DNA of 64,000 nt from an uncultured Planctomycetales bacterium (GTDB lineage Bacteria; Omnitrophota; Gorgyraeia; Aquiviventales; Aquiviventaceae): contig CAZKXY010000002.1 of NCBI GenBank assembly GCA_964556925.1, positions 1,953 through 65,952 on the forward strand, written 5' to 3'. Shown here in pieces: positions 61,560 to 64,000 of the stretch. Each line of letters opens with the position of its first letter. Position 1 is the stretch's first letter. Made by a program: the position numbers and the translations under genes. A model generated the notes under the pieces. The model was not told where the DNA came from, searched no databases, and saw only the letters and a program-made list of their open reading frames with translations.

Positions 61560-61653
61560 GTTCGAGCGGCGAGGACGCCGTGGGGTGCGCGGCGGCCTGT
61601 CTGCCCGGCAGGCAGGCAGGACCCGCTGCCAGGCGACTGTTCGAGCGAGGAGA
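61560..61653 (+). repeat. short hairpin element flanked by direct repeat GTTCGAGCG(GC)GAGGA
   Basis: GTTCGAGCGGCGAGGA (61560-61575) and GTTCGAGCGAGGAGA (61639-61653). They flank CCTGTCTGCC-C-GGCAGGCAGG(CAGG) at 61596-61620. That is the same hairpin family as 34746-34770 and 45651-45667. Confidence 0.65.
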
Positions 61654-62546
61654 TGAAAGATATCAGTGGGGAGGATCTCGTGTCGAACCTGAAGCTGGCG
61701 GCCAAGCGCGACGAGTCGCACCGGAGCGTCGTGCGGGTGAAGTCGCACGCCATCGGGGGCGAGGGCTTCACCGTGATCGCCGGCCCGTGCGCGGTCGAAG
61801 GCCGCGACCAGATCCTGGAGATCGCCGGGCGGGTCAAGGCGGCCGGGGCGCATCTGTTGCGCGGCGGGGCCTTCAAGCCGCTGACGTTTCCGTACCGCAA
61901 CGCCCAGACGTTCGAGCTGGGGGAAGCGGGGTTGCGGTACTTGCGGGAGGCGGGCGATCGGACCGCCCTTCCCGTGGTGACGGAAGTGCTCGACGTGCGG
62001 CTCGTGGACACCGTGGCGCAGTACGCCGACATGCTCCAGATCGGCGCGCGGAACATGCAGAACTTCCCATTGCTTGAAGCCGTGGCCAAGACGGGCAAGC
62101 CCGTCCTCTTGAAGCGGCACTTCGGCGCGTCGCTGCGCGACTGGTTGGGCGCGGCGGAGTACCTGCTCTATCATGGGAACGCCTCGGTCGCGCTGTGCGA
62201 GCGGGGTGTCGCGGCTCCCCATACGCACGCGCCGGCCTCGCGCTTCCTCCCCGACCTGGCGGTCGTGCCGGCGGCGCAGGAGGTCACGCACCTGCCGATT
62301 CTGATCGATCCGAGCCACGCGACGTTCCGCCGCCGGTGGGTGATCCCGGTCGCGCGGGCGGCGCTCGCGGTCGGCGCTGACGGCATCATGGTCGACGTGC
62401 ACCCTGATCCCGAGCGAGCCGCGGTGGATCCGCTGCAGGCGCTCGGCTTCGACGCGTTTGAGCACCTGATGCGGCAGCTGGACGCCATGGCCCCGGCCGT
62501 GGGGCGCACGCTGCGGAGGGCGGCTGCGGTCGTTCGTGATGGCTGA
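61653..62546 (+). CDS. DAHP-synthase (class I-beta) / KDO8P-synthase-family PEP-aldolase, divergent substrate loop
   Basis: FTVIAGPCAVEG, HLLRGGAFKP, PVVTEVLD, MLQIGARNMQNF and LIDPSHA...GADGIMVDVHPDP are conserved. The canonical KPRTSPYSFQGLG loop reads KPLTFPYRNAQTFELG. GAGGAG SD before the ATG at 61653. Confidence 0.7.
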   Translation: MKDISGEDLVSNLKLAAKRDESHRSVVRVKSHAIGGEGFTVIAGPCAVEGRDQILEIAGRVKAAGAHLLRGGAFKPLTFPYRNAQTFELGEAGLRYLREAGDRTALPVVTEVLDVRLVDTVAQYADMLQIGARNMQNFPLLEAVAKTGKPVLLKRHFGASLRDWLGAAEYLLYHGNASVALCERGVAAPHTHAPASRFLPDLAVVPAAQEVTHLPILIDPSHATFRRRWVIPVARAALAVGADGIMVDVHPDPERAAVDPLQALGFDAFEHLMRQLDAMAPAVGRTLRRAAAVVRDG

Positions 62547-62579
62547 TCGCTTCGTCGGGCGTGTTCAACAGGTGGGGGG

Positions 62580-63713
62580 ATGACCGTCACGCAGCGGACG
62601 TGGGTTGACGAACTTCAGGCGTTGGTGACGAACCGCCTGGATCCCGCGGCGCTGGGCGAGCGCCGCTTCGCGGCGATCCTGGGCGATGTCCCCTCGACGT
62701 ACGCCAAGAGCCCTCGGCTGTGGAACGCGGCCTTCGCGGCCCTGGGCCTGCCGGCGGCGTTCGTGCCGCTGGATATCCCCCCGGGCCGCCTGCCGGAGGT
62801 CGTGCGGGCGCTTCGCGAGCGCGACGCGTGGCTGGGCGGAAGCGTGACCGTGCCGTACAAGACGCAGATCATCCCCCTGCTCGATGCGGTGGAGCCGATG
62901 GCCGCGCGCATCGGGGCGGTGAACGTCGTCGTTCGCGAAGCCGACGGCCGCCTCGTGGGGCACAACACCGACGGCCGGGCCGGGGTGCGGGCGTTGACCG
63001 ACGACGTCCTTCCCGGAAGCCCGCCGCCCCTTGAGCGCCTCGCAGGCGCCCGGGTCTTGTTGATCGGCGGCGGCGGGGCGGCCCAGGCGATGGCGTGTCA
63101 TCTCTGGGAGGCGCTTGGTGATGGCGAGCTGTTGATCGCCACTCGCGCGCGCCAGCAGGCGGAGCACCTGATCCAGCGGCTGGCCGCGATGCGGCCAGGC
63201 CGGCTGGCAGCCATCGACGACGCGGAGATTTCTCACCGCGCGCCGGGCATGGATCTGGTGGTCAACGCGACCCTCAAAGGCCAAGCCGGCATCCGCACCC
63301 TGTCGGACGGGCGCCGCACGACACTGGAACCGTATTCCGCGCTCGCGCCGGCCGCTCCGGCCGCGGTGGCTGCGACGGAGGGGTCCGACGAGGGCGCGTT
63401 CTTCGAGGCGTGGTATCGGGGGTCGTCGGCGGATCTGTGGCAGAACCAGGAGCGGTCGCTCGCGCTCTGCGCGCGCCTGCCGCGCCAGACCCTCTGCTAC
63501 GACATCATCTACGCGCCGCCGGAAACGGTCTTCTTGCGCCATGCCCGCTGGAGCGGTCACCGGACCCTGAACGGCAAAGCCATGAACGTCGCGCAGGCGG
63601 TGGACGCCTTCACGCGATACGTCTGCCGCGACTGGCTGCGGGATTTCGGGAGGGATCCGGACGACGCGCCCCGGCAGGTCGCACACGCGATGGCGGAGGC
63701 GTGGGGGCGATGA
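62580..63713 (+). CDS. shikimate/quinate-dehydrogenase-family (AroE-like) oxidoreductase, long form
   Basis: SPRLWNAAFAALGLPAAFVPLDI, GGSVTVPYKTQIIPLLD, NTDGRAGVRAL and LLIGGGGAAQAM. At 377 aa it is longer than I expect for this family, with an apparent insertion near residues 255-300. Confidence 0.65.
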   Translation: MTVTQRTWVDELQALVTNRLDPAALGERRFAAILGDVPSTYAKSPRLWNAAFAALGLPAAFVPLDIPPGRLPEVVRALRERDAWLGGSVTVPYKTQIIPLLDAVEPMAARIGAVNVVVREADGRLVGHNTDGRAGVRALTDDVLPGSPPPLERLAGARVLLIGGGGAAQAMACHLWEALGDGELLIATRARQQAEHLIQRLAAMRPGRLAAIDDAEISHRAPGMDLVVNATLKGQAGIRTLSDGRRTTLEPYSALAPAAPAAVAATEGSDEGAFFEAWYRGSSADLWQNQERSLALCARLPRQTLCYDIIYAPPETVFLRHARWSGHRTLNGKAMNVAQAVDAFTRYVCRDWLRDFGRDPDDAPRQVAHAMAEAWGR

Positions 63714-64000
63714 CCGCGACCCCGGTCCTGATCGCTGAGCTGCGGCTGGACGAGCGCGCGCCGGAGCGGTCCGGCGCGAGACTCATCGAGTGGGCGGCGG
63801 TGTGCGGCGCCTCGGGCGTCATCCTTCCGCGCGCGTGGCAGGCGACGGCGCCGGCGGACGCACTGCGGCAGGCGACGGCGGCCCTGGGGCTCGCGTGGCA
63901 CGAGGAGACCCCGCCGTCCTCCTACGTGGATCGGAACGCGGACCCTGAAGCGGCGCTGCAGGGCCTGCTGAATGCGGCGCTGCGACGCGCCCCCGCGCTG
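63710..64000 (+). CDS. 5' part of an ORF running off the window; weak NeuB (sialic-acid-synthase)-like N-terminus
   Basis: The ATG at 63710 forms an ATGA overlap, and the frame is open to nt 64000 (97 codons, not in the ORF track because it has no stop). MTATPVLIAELRLDERAPERSGARLIEWAAVCGASGVILPR loosely parallels the NeuB pattern P(LV)xIAE(IG)xNHNG..ELAxxLIxxAxxxGAxxVKFQ but lacks INHNG. Confidence 0.3.
   Translation, partial: MTATPVLIAELRLDERAPERSGARLIEWAAVCGASGVILPRAWQATAPADALRQATAALGLAWHEETPPSSYVDRNADPEAALQGLLNAALRRAPAL

Overview
High-GC bacterial DNA, roughly two-thirds G+C by eye. Almost the whole 64 kb is one co-directional (+ strand) surface-glycan biosynthesis super-cluster. I call 55 CDS, all on the + strand. 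Most are separated by fewer than 15 nt or overlap, and about 16 junctions are ATGA stop/start overlaps, so translational coupling is likely. No rRNA, tRNA, CRISPR array, transposase or integrase is visible.

Recognisable content:
- A legionaminic-acid-like nonulosonic-acid core: NeuD/LegH-like acetyltransferase, NeuC/LegG-like hydrolysing 2-epimerase, CBS-nucleotidyltransferase, 4,6-dehydratase and DegT aminotransferase. A NeuA-like CMP-transferase lies 42 kb downstream.
- An ACP-centred tailoring module: B12-radical SAM, VOC, ACP, ANL ligase, Fe-ADH and a LuxE-LuxC fusion.
- Three B12-binding radical SAM enzymes in total.
- A GDP-sugar branch with two GDP-mannose-4,6-dehydratase paralogs and a TylCIII-type C-methyltransferase.
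- A CDP-sugar branch (RfbF, RfbG, RmlC-like, second C-methyltransferase, RmlD-like).
- A KdsB-like cytidylyltransferase read through into a 2-hydroxyacid dehydrogenase.
- Two AsnB-type amidotransferases.
- About seven class-I methyltransferases, and GT2, GT4 and GT-C glycosyltransferases.
- Two paralogous large membrane proteins and two paralogous proteins of unknown family.
- A DAHP-synthase-like, shikimate-dehydrogenase-like and possible NeuB-like trio at the 3' edge.

The few non-coding gaps carry related repeat families. These are double 19-nt palindromes phased 41 bp apart, CCCCACC(ACC)TGTC-ended palindromic units, and CCTGCCTGCC/GGCAGGCAGG hairpins. Two copies sit in-frame inside coding sequence. 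One cassette is flanked by a perfect 10-bp direct repeat that duplicates a stop/start overlap.

All functional calls come from motif recognition by eye. No database search was possible. ORF-track N-terminal extensions that run back into the preceding gene were trimmed to the first start codon compatible with the upstream stop.
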